A stretch of 63,997 nt of DNA, counting the filler, from Diploschistes diacapsis (taxonomy: Eukaryota), in assembly GCA_023645945.1 (NCBI GenBank). It is 6 parts of 6 records of this genome, joined end to end, with 100 filler letters (N's around TTAATTAATTAA, not from the genome) between each part and the next. Parts side by side here need not be neighbours in the genome. Positions count along the whole stretch, not along the records: positions 14,008 to 43,502 come from JALAIB010000134.1; positions 43,603 to 50,494 come from JALAIB010001340.1; 4 more parts are not named here. One strand, 5' to 3'. The notes beneath the pieces were generated by a model, which was given only the letters and a program-made list of their open reading frames with translations, searched no databases and was not told where the DNA came from. Of this stretch, positions 34,048 to 45,363 are shown piece by piece. The translations under genes were made by a program, and so were the position numbers. The stretch's first letter is position 1; each line of letters opens with the position of its first letter.

Positions 34048-35071
34048 ATGAGGTTCATAGCGCTATTTCCACTACTATGCGTCATTGGCGCTTTCGTCCT
34101 CTCTCTATTGTGCGTGCTCGCCGGAATGAACGTCAATTTCATGGAGAACTTTGAAATCTTGACGGTAAGTGGCGGCTGCCTCTTCACATGAACCATCCGG
34201 TTTTGACTATTGCCCAGTTCAACACCTCGGAGCTCGGCAATACCCTCGTCAACAAGGCCATCCAATCTCAAGGCGGTGTCCCGTCGAGCGTACCAACTGC
34301 TGTTCCCACCAGCGTTCTCAGCAACATACCAGCTTCTGCGACCTCTGCCATTCCGGCTGCTCTTGCCAGCGAGATCGCTGGCCAGAACGAGGCCCAGATC
34401 GCGGAGCAGATTGCCCAAGATTTGAACATTCACGACTTCTACAAGATTCATATGCTCGATTGTCAGTTTTCGCTAGAGACGAAGTTGCTCAGCTAACATT
34501 GTTCTCAGATTGCGAAGGATTCTACGAACCTGGTCCAATTGTCAATTCGAGCAACCCAAATCCCTCCGAAAACGTCACCTACTGCTCGCCAGCAACCGCA
34601 TTCACGTTCTTCAACGCCACTCAAGTCCTGCAGCAAGAGCTTAAGCCAGGCATCACCCTCAACCAGATTCAATGGCCGAGTCAGATTCAAGACGCGATTG
34701 ATACCATGCAAGTCGTACAGAAAGTCATGTTTGTGCTATATTGCGTAGGATGTGGTTTTGCGGGTCTGGCCGTCCTGGAAGCAATCATTGCTTTTCTGAT
34801 GGATGGTCGGCTCTCCGCAGTCTGCAACGCGGTTCTGGATGTATTCGCTTTCATTGCGCTTGCTATCGCATCTGGTTGCAGTACGGGATTCATGTATGTG
34901 GTCAGCAACGCCGTCAACCAGTATGGATCACAGGTGAACGTTCAAGCTTATCGGGGAAACAACTTCCTGATCATCACCTGGATCGCGACGGCTCTTCCTT
35001 TGATTGGAGCAATTGGTTGGTGTATCGACTGCTGCGTGGGGCCAGACCGGAGGAGAAAAGACAGGTGGTAG
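34048..35071 (+). CDS. SUR7/PalI-family tetraspan membrane protein, two introns
   Basis: MRFIALFPLLCVIGAFVLSLLCVLAG, then intron, FNTSELG...IHDFYKIHMLD, intron, YCEGFY...VTYCS and three more TM helices. Confidence 0.8.
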
Positions 35072-36100
35072 GTGACAGGAGAGGGTGGGCATAGCGTGTC
35101 GGAATCTGGGAGGATTTCCTACAGGAACTGTTTCTTGATATGTCTCCAGCGTTATCTGCGCAGCGTTGGGCTGAGATACGATTTTTTTTTTCTTTGGCGA
35201 TACTTGAGATACCCCTCTGTACGATTGACTTTTTAAGTACTGCATGAAAGGAGATGGACACCATAGACTTTCCCGCTTGAAGTTAAGCAAGAGCAAGCAT
35301 GTGAAGTATATCTTGTACATATTGTATAGCAACTCCTTCTCGATTACATTACTACCGCCCAAGAGGTAGCGTTTATGGCCAAGCAGTTCCACCTCGCTCC
35401 CCGCCCCAGTTCTGTGCCAGTTACTACGGACTCCGGTGAGGTCCGACTCTTAGCACTCCTGCTTTTAGTATACAGCTTTTAACTGTCCGTAGTTCTTAGG
35501 TGCTAGCAATTGAACCCTATCTAACTACTAGAACCTTCGAGCGTCCTCCTCCCGGCCGAGCACGAGCCACGCCTCGTTCTGAATCCCCCAGCCGGCCCTG
35601 TGCGCAGCCTACAAAAAGTATATCGACTTGTGGAATAATAATCAAAGGCCTTTCAACCTCCAGGCTGCTCCAGTAAACAGCTTTAGTGGCCGCCTTGTTT
35701 GTCAAAGTGAGGCTCACCAACAAACTCTTCTACTACGCATAACCTGTCTAACTGTACAGTTTCGCCTCTGCTACTGCTGCTGCTGCCTACATGCACGATC
35801 AACCCGAAATCATGCTTCCGATACTAGGATAGCAACTTCTTTACTCACACCATTTCATATCAGCTCTATCAAAGCTTCGTAATCATTCATGAGCTTCTCT
35901 AAGCCTGCGCCTTTCTGAAACTTTTCACTACCTAGCTCAGAGCTTCCTAGGTATAGCTTACTGTCCAATCACAGCTATCCTGCCCGGAATATAGGAATAT
36001 AGGAGGAACAAGGCTTGCTTTGCAGTAACCGAACGGTCTTTGCAGACATTGAAAACACACACACGCACGCACACAGCATCTACACGAGCTCTTGAGTGAT

Positions 36101-39100
36101 ATGAATGCCACGGAGATCTCACCTTCTCAGAGCATAGAGTCGTCTCTGCTTGGCTATAGCAACGCTCCTCCTTCCCCTTCCGCTTTCTCTCGTTCGGCCC
36201 CTCGAAATCAGGACCATGAGTCCCGCACCTCTCTAGAACCGCCCCAGATGTCAGCTTCTCACGTTTCAGATCCCGACTCAATGGATCACCAACCTACGCC
36301 GCCCCCAAACGAACTGGAAGAACCTCCACCTCCGCATCCTCCTCCCACCGGTCAAGAATCAGCTCCAACACTAGACGGACAAGACCATGACCGGATGGTG
36401 GTGGACTCAGATGCCGCTTCCAATTCCACGGCTCAGCAAGAGTCAACTGAAACACGCGTGCGCGACCTTCCCGAGCCCCCCTCACTCCCTTTACCTCCTC
36501 CATCGAACGGCAGTCTTTTTCACGACCTTATTGATCCCATTCTCCCGTCTTCCCCTCAAGCTACTGTCGCAGCCCAATCGAACTCGAACCCAACGGCGAC
36601 AACCGAAGCCTTAAACCGCGCAGCGGACGGCAACATTGATGTCTCCGCACGTGAAAGGTCAGCTACAGCGTCATCGACTGATAATACACAAGAGGGGGAC
36701 GAAGATAGCGAGGATGATGACGATTATGATGGGCACAATGAATTCCTCGACCATCTCAAAGAGGACGAATCGATACCCAGTGAAGACGAGCTGAAGAAAA
36801 TCGAAGCCGGTTCGGAGAAGAGCGCCTTGGACGAGCAACAATGGCAGAAAGCCGTCTTCACGTCGCTCGATGATCCCGAATACGTCCCAGAGGAGTCGGG
36901 TACGATTCGTTGGACGTTGCAGGGTTTTCATGGAACGAAGCAGAATCCGAACAAAAGAAGAATCATACGCTCTCCGGTGGTTGCGATTGGGGGCTACAAG
37001 TGGAACATCAAAGTCTTTCCGCATGGCAACGACGGGACCGATCAGATCAGCGTCTACATAGAGTGCTCTGGGGAGGGTTCTGTCCCTACAGAAGACGAGA
37101 TGGAGCCCACGCCGCCACAAGACAGCTCCACGTCTGGGCAAAACCAGACCGAGGCCAAGAATCTAGAAGTCCCTCCTCGCCCTGAAAATGCCGAGTCATC
37201 GAAGCCATGGGACGTCGCAGCTCAGATTGGATGCGTCATGTACAACCCCCAAGAGCCCCGCGTCTTCGTTTTTGAGAAGGCAACGCACCATTTCGAAGAA
37301 GCGAGCCAGGATTGGGGCTGGGTGCGTTTTCATGGGCCGTGGAATGGTATCCATCTGCGCCGTCATATGCAAAGGAAGCCCATGCTCCAGAACGACACTC
37401 TGCAGTTTACTGCATTTATTCGCGTGGTCAAAGATCCGACAAAAGCCCTGTGGTGGCGATCCGTTGATCACTCATCCTGGGACAGTCTAGCCAAGACCGG
37501 GTACAGAGGTTTATCTGCTGAGGAGCCAGCAAGCTACTCATTCGTCGCATCGCTTGCTCCCTGGCTACATCTAAAGCAATTTAGAGACCTGGTCATGGGT
37601 ACGAAACTGCCTGATCCTGTTTGCGAGCCCCTTCATCGAACACGGCCTCTGTTCGAGCAATTGCAGAAAATCATGTACGAGAAGCACTGCCCAAAAGGGT
37701 CATCGAACGCAGTCTCCCTGTATCAGCTGCAGCAGGCTTTCGACTGGCACGAGCATTCCTTCGTCAACTCAAGCGATGTCATTGAACTTTGGGAGTCGTT
37801 CCGTAATATCGTAAATCATGAGTATTACAGCCAGGACCCATCTGATGGATTGCCTGACATTCTTGGTTTCATTAAGACTATAAGACAGAGCATGCATCCA
37901 GTGCTGCCTGCGGCTCAAAATCAGACATCCAAAGCAAGAGAGCCACATTCGGTTCAAGATGTTCTGGATGACGCCAGCCATAACACAGACTTGAGGTACA
38001 AGAGCTGGGAGGGCTACAGCCATGAGGGAAAGCAATCCCCGAGCGTACTGCAAGTCGAGCTTCATCGGCAAAGATATGACACTCAGAGCAGAAAATGGAA
38101 GAAGATGACGCATAAGATCAAGCTAAACGAGTCGGTAAATTGGGGGGGTGTGCAATACACGCTCTTCGGTACCATCATACACAAGGGTGAACTCGGCTCG
38201 GGCCGCTTTTACTCGATTGTTCGTCCTGGTGGACCGAATTCCAAGTGGGTTCGGTACAAGTCCGGTCAAACAGCTTATTTGACCCATCGCCAAGCAATCG
38301 AGTCTCATGAGGGCAGAGGCGATGAGCGATATGGGGCAGAGTCTGTCGCTTATGTCGCAATCTACGTTCGCTCTGATGGTTTCGAAGAGCTCGCACCAGT
38401 GCCAGAGGAGCAATCATCGTCTGGTGTTCTCGGACCCCTCGAAAAGGAAGAAAAGAAGCCGCGTGATCCTGCGACTTGGGAAGCTCTGCCGGTCATCGTT
38501 TACAGCTCGTCTCAGTTTAGGGATCGGGCGGGTACCGGGCTCGTTGATCCGTGGTCTTTCGACAAGACCGGAAGATACGAGCTCAGCATGTCACCGTCGG
38601 CCGCTCTTTTTGACGTACAGAGGGAGTTGGTATCTCAATTCAACGCCGCGGGGGACGCAGAGCAGTGTCGCTTGTGGCCGATGAAGACTACCGCTACCAC
38701 GATTCGGTTTTTGCCTTCCTTTGAGCAATTCACTTCACCTGACGCCAAGCTTTTGGACTTTGCCGACCGTCTCGGTGGCATACATCTCTGGCTGCATGTG
38801 GTTCCATCAGAACTGATAGTTAAGCCTCTCGAAGCGTGCCCGCCAAGTCCAGTTGCTATACCCCGTTCGGTACCGCCAACTGAGCCGTCACAAGGATTGA
38901 CCGTAAACATCGAGGATATCCCAGAGCCGCCATCAACTGAACCTGCCTCCACTACCGCGCGGGCTTCGGGGAACGAAGACGTTGTCATGGGTGGGACGCA
39001 AGATGAGGCAAGCGCACCAGCAGCTGCGGAACCTCCTAGGAATGTCTTGGTTGAAGATGGACCCTTCAGAGCCGCAGTAGAAGCAGCCATCAATGCTGGC

Positions 39101-40015
39101 GAAATTCCAGCGGTGGAAGTACCAGATGCACATCCGGAGCCTCTGGTTCCTGATGCGCCGCGAGAAAAGCAATGGCAGTTGCAAGACCAAGTATATGTTC
39201 TGCTCAAGAAATTTGATGCCGAAACGCAACACGTCGCTGGGATTGGTGGCTTCTTTGTCTCCCCCAACGACAAAGTACGCACGGTTTTACCGCAACTCGT
39301 CTCTCTTCCAGATTCATTCAAAGTGTACCACGAAATCGACACCGTGCTCGACGAGCCAGAACTCAGCCAGGATGCCACCTTCTCCACTGCCCGCCTAGTC
39401 AACGGCTCGATCCTAGTTGCGCAGCCGGATGACCTTTCCGACGAAACCAGCGAGGAGCTGCGCAAACGTGGCGATGCTTTGACGGTGCCCGAGTTCTTTC
39501 AGACCCTTACCTTCCTCTCGCACTTTTCCTACACTGGGCCCGTGCACGTAGCCTCCTATTTCGGCGGACCCTACACCTACGCTCCGCTGCGAAACGGACG
39601 CTTCTTTGGCCAGTGCACCATGATCGACGACACCACTGGCGATGCCTACGTGGGAAACTGCATTGGCGGCTACAAAGCCGGGCAGGGCGTAATGTACTAC
39701 GCAAACGGCGACACCTATACCGGTGAATGGGTGCATTCGCAGCCGGAGGGGCAGGGAACGATGGTGTACAATACGACGGGCAACACATATGTGGGTGGGT
39801 GGAAAGCAGGAAGGAGACACGGGAAGGGGATAATGACTTTCGAAGTTGCGGATGAACAGCTGCAGCTTTGCAAGATCTGTTTCGAGGCGGAGATGGATGC
39901 TCTGTTTTATCGGTGCGGGCACGTTGCTGCTTGCGAAATGTGCGCGAGGCAGGTTAGGGATTGTCCGGTTTGTAGGAGGCCAGTCGATGCCGTTGTCAGA
40001 ATCTGGAAGACGTGA
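36101..40015 (+). CDS. MATH domain / USP-like / MORN repeat / C-terminal RING finger protein
   Basis: MATH (IGGYKWNIKVFPHGN...ISVYIE...DWGWVRF), USP-like core, MORN repeats (YANGDTYTGEW...GQG; NTYVGGWKAGRRHGKG) and a C3HC4 RING (CKIC...CGHVAACEMC...CPVC). Confidence 0.82.
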   Translation: MNATEISPSQSIESSLLGYSNAPPSPSAFSRSAPRNQDHESRTSLEPPQMSASHVSDPDSMDHQPTPPPNELEEPPPPHPPPTGQESAPTLDGQDHDRMVVDSDAASNSTAQQESTETRVRDLPEPPSLPLPPPSNGSLFHDLIDPILPSSPQATVAAQSNSNPTATTEALNRAADGNIDVSARERSATASSTDNTQEGDEDSEDDDDYDGHNEFLDHLKEDESIPSEDELKKIEAGSEKSALDEQQWQKAVFTSLDDPEYVPEESGTIRWTLQGFHGTKQNPNKRRIIRSPVVAIGGYKWNIKVFPHGNDGTDQISVYIECSGEGSVPTEDEMEPTPPQDSSTSGQNQTEAKNLEVPPRPENAESSKPWDVAAQIGCVMYNPQEPRVFVFEKATHHFEEASQDWGWVRFHGPWNGIHLRRHMQRKPMLQNDTLQFTAFIRVVKDPTKALWWRSVDHSSWDSLAKTGYRGLSAEEPASYSFVASLAPWLHLKQFRDLVMGTKLPDPVCEPLHRTRPLFEQLQKIMYEKHCPKGSSNAVSLYQLQQAFDWHEHSFVNSSDVIELWESFRNIVNHEYYSQDPSDGLPDILGFIKTIRQSMHPVLPAAQNQTSKAREPHSVQDVLDDASHNTDLRYKSWEGYSHEGKQSPSVLQVELHRQRYDTQSRKWKKMTHKIKLNESVNWGGVQYTLFGTIIHKGELGSGRFYSIVRPGGPNSKWVRYKSGQTAYLTHRQAIESHEGRGDERYGAESVAYVAIYVRSDGFEELAPVPEEQSSSGVLGPLEKEEKKPRDPATWEALPVIVYSSSQFRDRAGTGLVDPWSFDKTGRYELSMSPSAALFDVQRELVSQFNAAGDAEQCRLWPMKTTATTIRFLPSFEQFTSPDAKLLDFADRLGGIHLWLHVVPSELIVKPLEACPPSPVAIPRSVPPTEPSQGLTVNIEDIPEPPSTEPASTTARASGNEDVVMGGTQDEASAPAAAEPPRNVLVEDGPFRAAVEAAINAGEIPAVEVPDAHPEPLVPDAPREKQWQLQDQVYVLLKKFDAETQHVAGIGGFFVSPNDKVRTVLPQLVSLPDSFKVYHEIDTVLDEPELSQDATFSTARLVNGSILVAQPDDLSDETSEELRKRGDALTVPEFFQTLTFLSHFSYTGPVHVASYFGGPYTYAPLRNGRFFGQCTMIDDTTGDAYVGNCIGGYKAGQGVMYYANGDTYTGEWVHSQPEGQGTMVYNTTGNTYVGGWKAGRRHGKGIMTFEVADEQLQLCKICFEAEMDALFYRCGHVAACEMCARQVRDCPVCRRPVDAVVRIWKT

Positions 40016-40744
40016 GCTGACGTCCTGGAAGAGGACTTGTTGAAAAAAAAAAAACCAAGGAAACTATGAATATTGGTAAGGGGAAGTGAAGTGCTGGATA
40101 GAGGATCAAGTCTGCTAGATTGATGGAATCGAGAAGAGTTTTGCAATCTCTGTTGTGTACATTGGATCTATATTGCGGGTGGTGGATGGCGGCGTACTTA
40201 GTGACGACCGACATATTATGACCTGCATGTCTCAAGCAATAGGTGCTTTATCATTCATTCTATAGCCAATACTAGATAGAAACTTGAGTGATTCACTTGC
40301 CTTCTGATTCACCTTGCTGGATTGACTGTATTAGCAGCTCTCAGTCAGACACAGCTACTTGAATCCCTACCCATAGAAACCCTTTCAACATCGGGGCTTC
40401 TAATCACCTGGGATTGATTGACGAGGCCAAATGCTTACCTAATGCGGATGTTCCTAATACAAGGTGAAGAATCCGGGCTCGAGCATGTCAAGCCAAAGCA
40501 CTCCTTAGAACTCCACGATCATCCATGCTTCTTTCTGAGGGGGGAACAATGGTCACAGTTCAGGTGAGGATAGCTCACGTGATCGGCTAAGGGTTTAAAT
40601 AAAAATGTTACTTAGGGCTATGAGCCAGCCAGCCCTATTGGCGCCTCGGTTTAATTCAAAGGGCAAGTTGAAAACTTTCAAAAACTTGGGAGTACAGGCC
40701 ACTTTATTCCGACCCAACCTTTTTCCTTAGCTTGCATAGACAAA

Positions 40745-42999
40745 ATGGGAGTAGGACGTCGTATGAAGAAGCAGGGCCCACCCCCGCCACTCGATGAATC
40801 CCGAATTACCGCCTTGAGGAAGCAGAAGGGCCTGCAAGCGGCGCAAGGTCCTCGCGGGAAGAAGAGAAGGGCTTCTGGGGAGGTGATCACCCCAGCGATC
40901 AAGAAGGGCGCAAATGGGACGAGAAAGGAGTCTAGAAAAGGTGCTTCCATGAGTGGGGCGCTCGATGTTGATAATAAATCGTTGAGGAAGAGCGTAAATA
41001 ATTCCAAGTCCAGGACTTTCAGCAAGCCTCAGAGCCTCGACGAGCTTTCCGATGATGACGATGATGATGACGGCGTGGATCTGATGAACGGTTTCGAGAA
41101 TGGAGCATCAGATGAAGAGCTGGATATGGATGATATGGCACTTGATGATCCCGCGGCTGCAGCAGGCGAAACGGACGAGTTCCTCGACTTGGAGACTGGC
41201 TCACCCCATCACGGAAACATGTTCTCCGAGGAAGACGAATCGGACGCCGAGCAAAAACTTACCGCCGCCAATATCGAAGGCTTGTCTCGCAAGCTGGACG
41301 CGGAACAGCGGGCAACTGCCGCGGGTGCGCAATTGGAACTAGAAGAGGCAGCGCTGCAGACGAACATTACGGGTGACGAGCAGCGGCCCAAGATCATCGA
41401 CGATGATGCGAACTTAAGTGATAGCGATACCGACCCAACAAAAGTCAAATCAACCCTCCATCTCGCTCCCGACTTGCAGCTCCTTCGGTCACGCATTACT
41501 GAAACAATCCGTGTCCTCTCCACTTCTCCTCCTCCTCTTGAGCCTGGGCGTAGCCGGCAAGATTACAGGTCCCAACTCGTCAAGGATATCTCTCTATACT
41601 ATGGCTACTCCCCTTTCCTCGCCGAGAAATTGCTCAACCTGTTCCCGCCTCGGGAAGCCTTTGCTTTCTTCGAGAGCAACGAGTCTCCGAGGCCGATTGT
41701 AATACGTACGAATACCCTGTATGCCTCATTAAACCAGTCACCTTTGCCTCGTGTTCGGTAAGCTAACTCTTCCTTCAGCAAAACACATCGCCGCGAACTG
41801 GCCCAGGCGCTCATATCACGTGGGGTCACGCTGGAGCCGGTCGGAAAATGGTCCAAGGTCGGGCTACAGATATTTGAGTCGCCCGTCCCGCTTGGCGCGA
41901 CGCCGGAGTACCTCGCCGGCCACTACATACTGCAGGCCGCCTCTTCCTTCCTTCCCGTCATGGCCCTGGCTCCAGTAGAGGGGGAGAGGGTTCTCGACAT
42001 GTCCGCCGCGCCCGGCGGGAAAACGACGCACATGGCCGCTCTAATGAAGAACAGCGGGGTCATCTTCGCGAACGATTCCAACAAGGCGCGAACCAAAGCT
42101 CTCATAGGAAATTTGCACAGATGTGGCGTTAGGAGTTCCATAGTATGCAACTACGACGCCAGGCAGTTCCCCAAGGTTATGGGCGGCTTCGACAGAGTGC
42201 TGCTGGACGCACCATGCTCCGGCACGGGCGTCATCGCCAAGGATCCATCCATCAAAACGAACAAGGGACCGCGGGATTTCCTTGCGCTGCCGCATCTTCA
42301 AAAGCAGCTGTTGCTCTCAGCCATCGACTCGGTGGACTATGCCTCGCCAACTGGTGGAGTAGTGGTTTATTCCACGTGCAGCGTAACGGTAGAAGAGAAC
42401 GAGATGGTTGTACAGGTATTTGAACAAGCGATATGAGATTACAACATGCTGATCAGAAAACGAGTATGCCTTGCGCAAGAGGCCGAACGTGAAGATCGAA
42501 GATACTGGCTTGGGAAGCTTTGGCGTGCCGGCCTTTACGAATTACATGTCCAAGAGCTTCGACAAGGATATGGGGCTGGCAAGGAGGTATTATCCGCACA
42601 AGGTTCGATATTGTGAATCCTGCGGGCTTGAGGGGTCGTAGCTAACATGCGCAGTACAACGTGGATGGGTTCTTCGTGTGCCGGTTGAGAAAGACGGGGC
42701 CAAGTCCGCAGGAAAAGGGGAACGGGGATAAAGTCGCGGCGCTGGGTGTCAATGGGCGAGCAGAGAGGGTGAAGGTCAATGAAGACGGGAACGAGATGGA
42801 TGTGGGTGGAGATGGTGACGAAGGGACGGGGGTAGAAGGGTTTGAGAAGGAGGACGGTTTCGGCGGCTGGGACGAGAGCGAGGACGAAGTCTATCTCGAG
42901 CGGGCGCGGAGGAGGAGGTTGCGGAAGAAGGGGATGAATGTGAAAGCAGATATTGCGAGGAAGGGAGGTGGGGGAAGTTGGGTGGATGGAACGGGCTAG
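40745..42999 (+). CDS. NOP2: 25S rRNA m5C methyltransferase Nop2, three introns
   Basis: MGVGRRMKKQGPP start, VLDMSAAPGGKTT, VLLDAPCSGTG, YSTCSVTVEENE and PHKYNVDGFFV. Confidence 0.94.
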
Positions 43000-43502
43000 A
43001 TGGGGCACTCCAGCCAGATCTGGTCTCTACGTTCCATCGCAAGCATCTGGCCCCATCTCTCTGCTCCTGTCGCTACCAGGTCAGCCCTTGAATTCAGAGT
43101 CCTCCAGCGCTTCGGCAGCGATATAGACCGTTGTGGTGCAACATACTTCACAAAGCATCGAAACTGTGGTTGTGCCCCAAAAGCCCAATTATGCGTAGGT
43201 CAATCGATAGACGACAATATCTAAGAACACACTTCCAAAGCCAAGTTCTCCCAGTAGGAATAATATAATACACCACATGATAATCTATGTCAGCCTATAT
43301 CCCACATGGCACATCCCCTCCGGAAAGAGCCGAAATGGAGATGCTTATATCATCAAAACGAGGTTTTTTTTGTTTTTTTTTGTTTTTTTTTTTGGTTCCT
43401 GACTTTCAACTTCTTCGTTCTACCTTCATAATCTCTCGCGCTCCCAAAACAATCGAAAACATGGGCATTTATTTGGAATTAATCACCTATCCCCCCCCCC
43501 TC

Positions 43503-43602
43503 NNNNNNNNNNNNNNNNNNNNNNNNNNNNNNNNNNNNNNNNNNNNTTAATTAATTAANNNNNNNNNNNNNNNNNNNNNNNNNNNNNNNNNNNNNNNNNN
43601 NN
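43503..43602. other. Artificial contig-joining spacer
   Basis: N44-TTAATTAATTAA-N44. Confidence 0.97.
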
Positions 43603-43965
43603 GGATGGGGGTGGGGGCTTTTGAGCCGGAGTCGTTCGCGTTGGCGGTGGATCCAGCTGGCTTCGATGGCATCGGATCGGATGGAGTACGAAAGGGGGGT
43701 TCAGATTCCGGGATTTGAGAGTTGAGATTTCGGGTTCGGAATATCTAGAAATGTGTAGTTGCGCTCTTTCTTTTCTTTTCTTTTCTTTTGGGGGGGGGGG
43801 ACTATGGATAACTAGTAGCAGTAATGGTAATGGTAAGGATAAGGGCAAGGGTAATGGCCATGATCTGATTCGGTTTGATTCGTTTGCTTCAATACCTACA
43901 AATGCCTGCAACACTTCCTTTCTTCCCCTGCATGCACTTGACCTTGCACACATGCACCGACCCGA

Positions 43966-45363
43966 CTAAGCTTCGAACCTGCGCCATGTAAGGCTGGACC
44001 TCCTCGCAGCCACGGACAGCGTGGCAGTACTATTCCACGTCCCGAACCCAGCCGCAGTGGTAACAGTACCGGTATTAGCGGTAGCCGCGCCGGAGATACT
44101 CTCATTTGTCCCCGCACATTTCGCACGTGCGCTCAAGAGTGTATATCCACTCCCTGGCCCGCTTGCTGTGCTGGGCTTACCAGCTGTATTGCCTTTCGTA
44201 CTATTCCCACCAACCAGGTCACCACCGCCGTCACCGCCACCATATCCCCTTCCCTGCCTCTTCCCGCTCCCCTGCACCGCTTTCTTGAGCACGGCGCTCA
44301 CATTCCCCACTTCGACGACAGCGTCCAAGCCCAAACTACCACTCACGATGCGAATCTGGTGCGCGTTTAGCCACGGCGCCTGCGCGCTCGAATTGCCGCA
44401 TAATTGAGTGCTATATTTTTCGAAAAGAGCGTGGAAATCGAGGGAGATGTGGATTTCGTGGTCTTCAGCGATAGGTTGCGGGGCGAAGTGATCGAGCGTC
44501 GAGTAGTTGGTAGAAGCTTCGGGGAGAGTAGGGCGGGCGGTGGTGGCGTTTTGATGGGAGGAATTAGCTGGGCTGAAGAGGAGGGAGTCGAAGTGGATTG
44601 TTCGGATGGTCGAGCTGAGCGTCGGACAGGGTACGTTTGTGATGTTGAGGGTTGTGATTGCAGTGTTGTTGAGGGCTGTGCTGTTCGTGCCGTTTGCGCC
44701 TTTGATATTCCATTCGCGCGGAAAGGAGCATGCGGGATCGGGATACTGGTAGGTGAATTCTGTTGCTAGGTATTTGCGGCTAGCCTTCTGGCAGGCCCCT
44801 TCGCTCTTGGTTGTGTTCTGCATGATCTTGTCTTGCGGCGGAGCTGCATTGCTCGTGTGGATCGTGACGTCGTACTCGAAAACCCACTGGTCGAATTCTA
44901 GCAAGTTGTATTGGCTCGTATTGTTTGATTTCTGTATAGAACACCCCGGATAGTAATAGTCGAACGAAACTTCGCTGGGCTTCCCAGTCTCACCTCGCGC
45001 ATTGTTGACCAGTGTGACGCCGATCAACGACGCGTTCTCCCCCGTGAGGAGGTCACTGTGCTCCTGTTTACTATTGTACGAACTATATCGCCACGCCGGA
45101 CAACCAGCATAGTTTTTGATGGGCTGACACTCTGGGAACCTGCTGATATAAGAGACATTCGACTTGAGATCGCTGTAGTGGAAGCACCTGTGGCGCGGGC
45201 CTGGGTCCAGTAACAGCTTGGTTTGTGCTTCCACCACCGGGCTTGCAGTCTGTAGTATATACGTCACGAAGGATCCCGGCAGCAAGATCGTTGCAAGGAC
45301 TATTCAGGCAGCATTCAACTTGCCGGAAACCGAGAGCTTGATGGCCAAGGCCGGGATTGGCAT
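43966..45363 (-). CDS. Uncharacterised Cys-containing, N-glycosylation-site-rich protein; possibly interrupted near its N-terminus
   Basis: 439-codon open frame with many NxS/T sites. In-frame ATG at 45363 is separated from it by a single TGA at 45304-45306. No family recognised. Confidence 0.45.
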
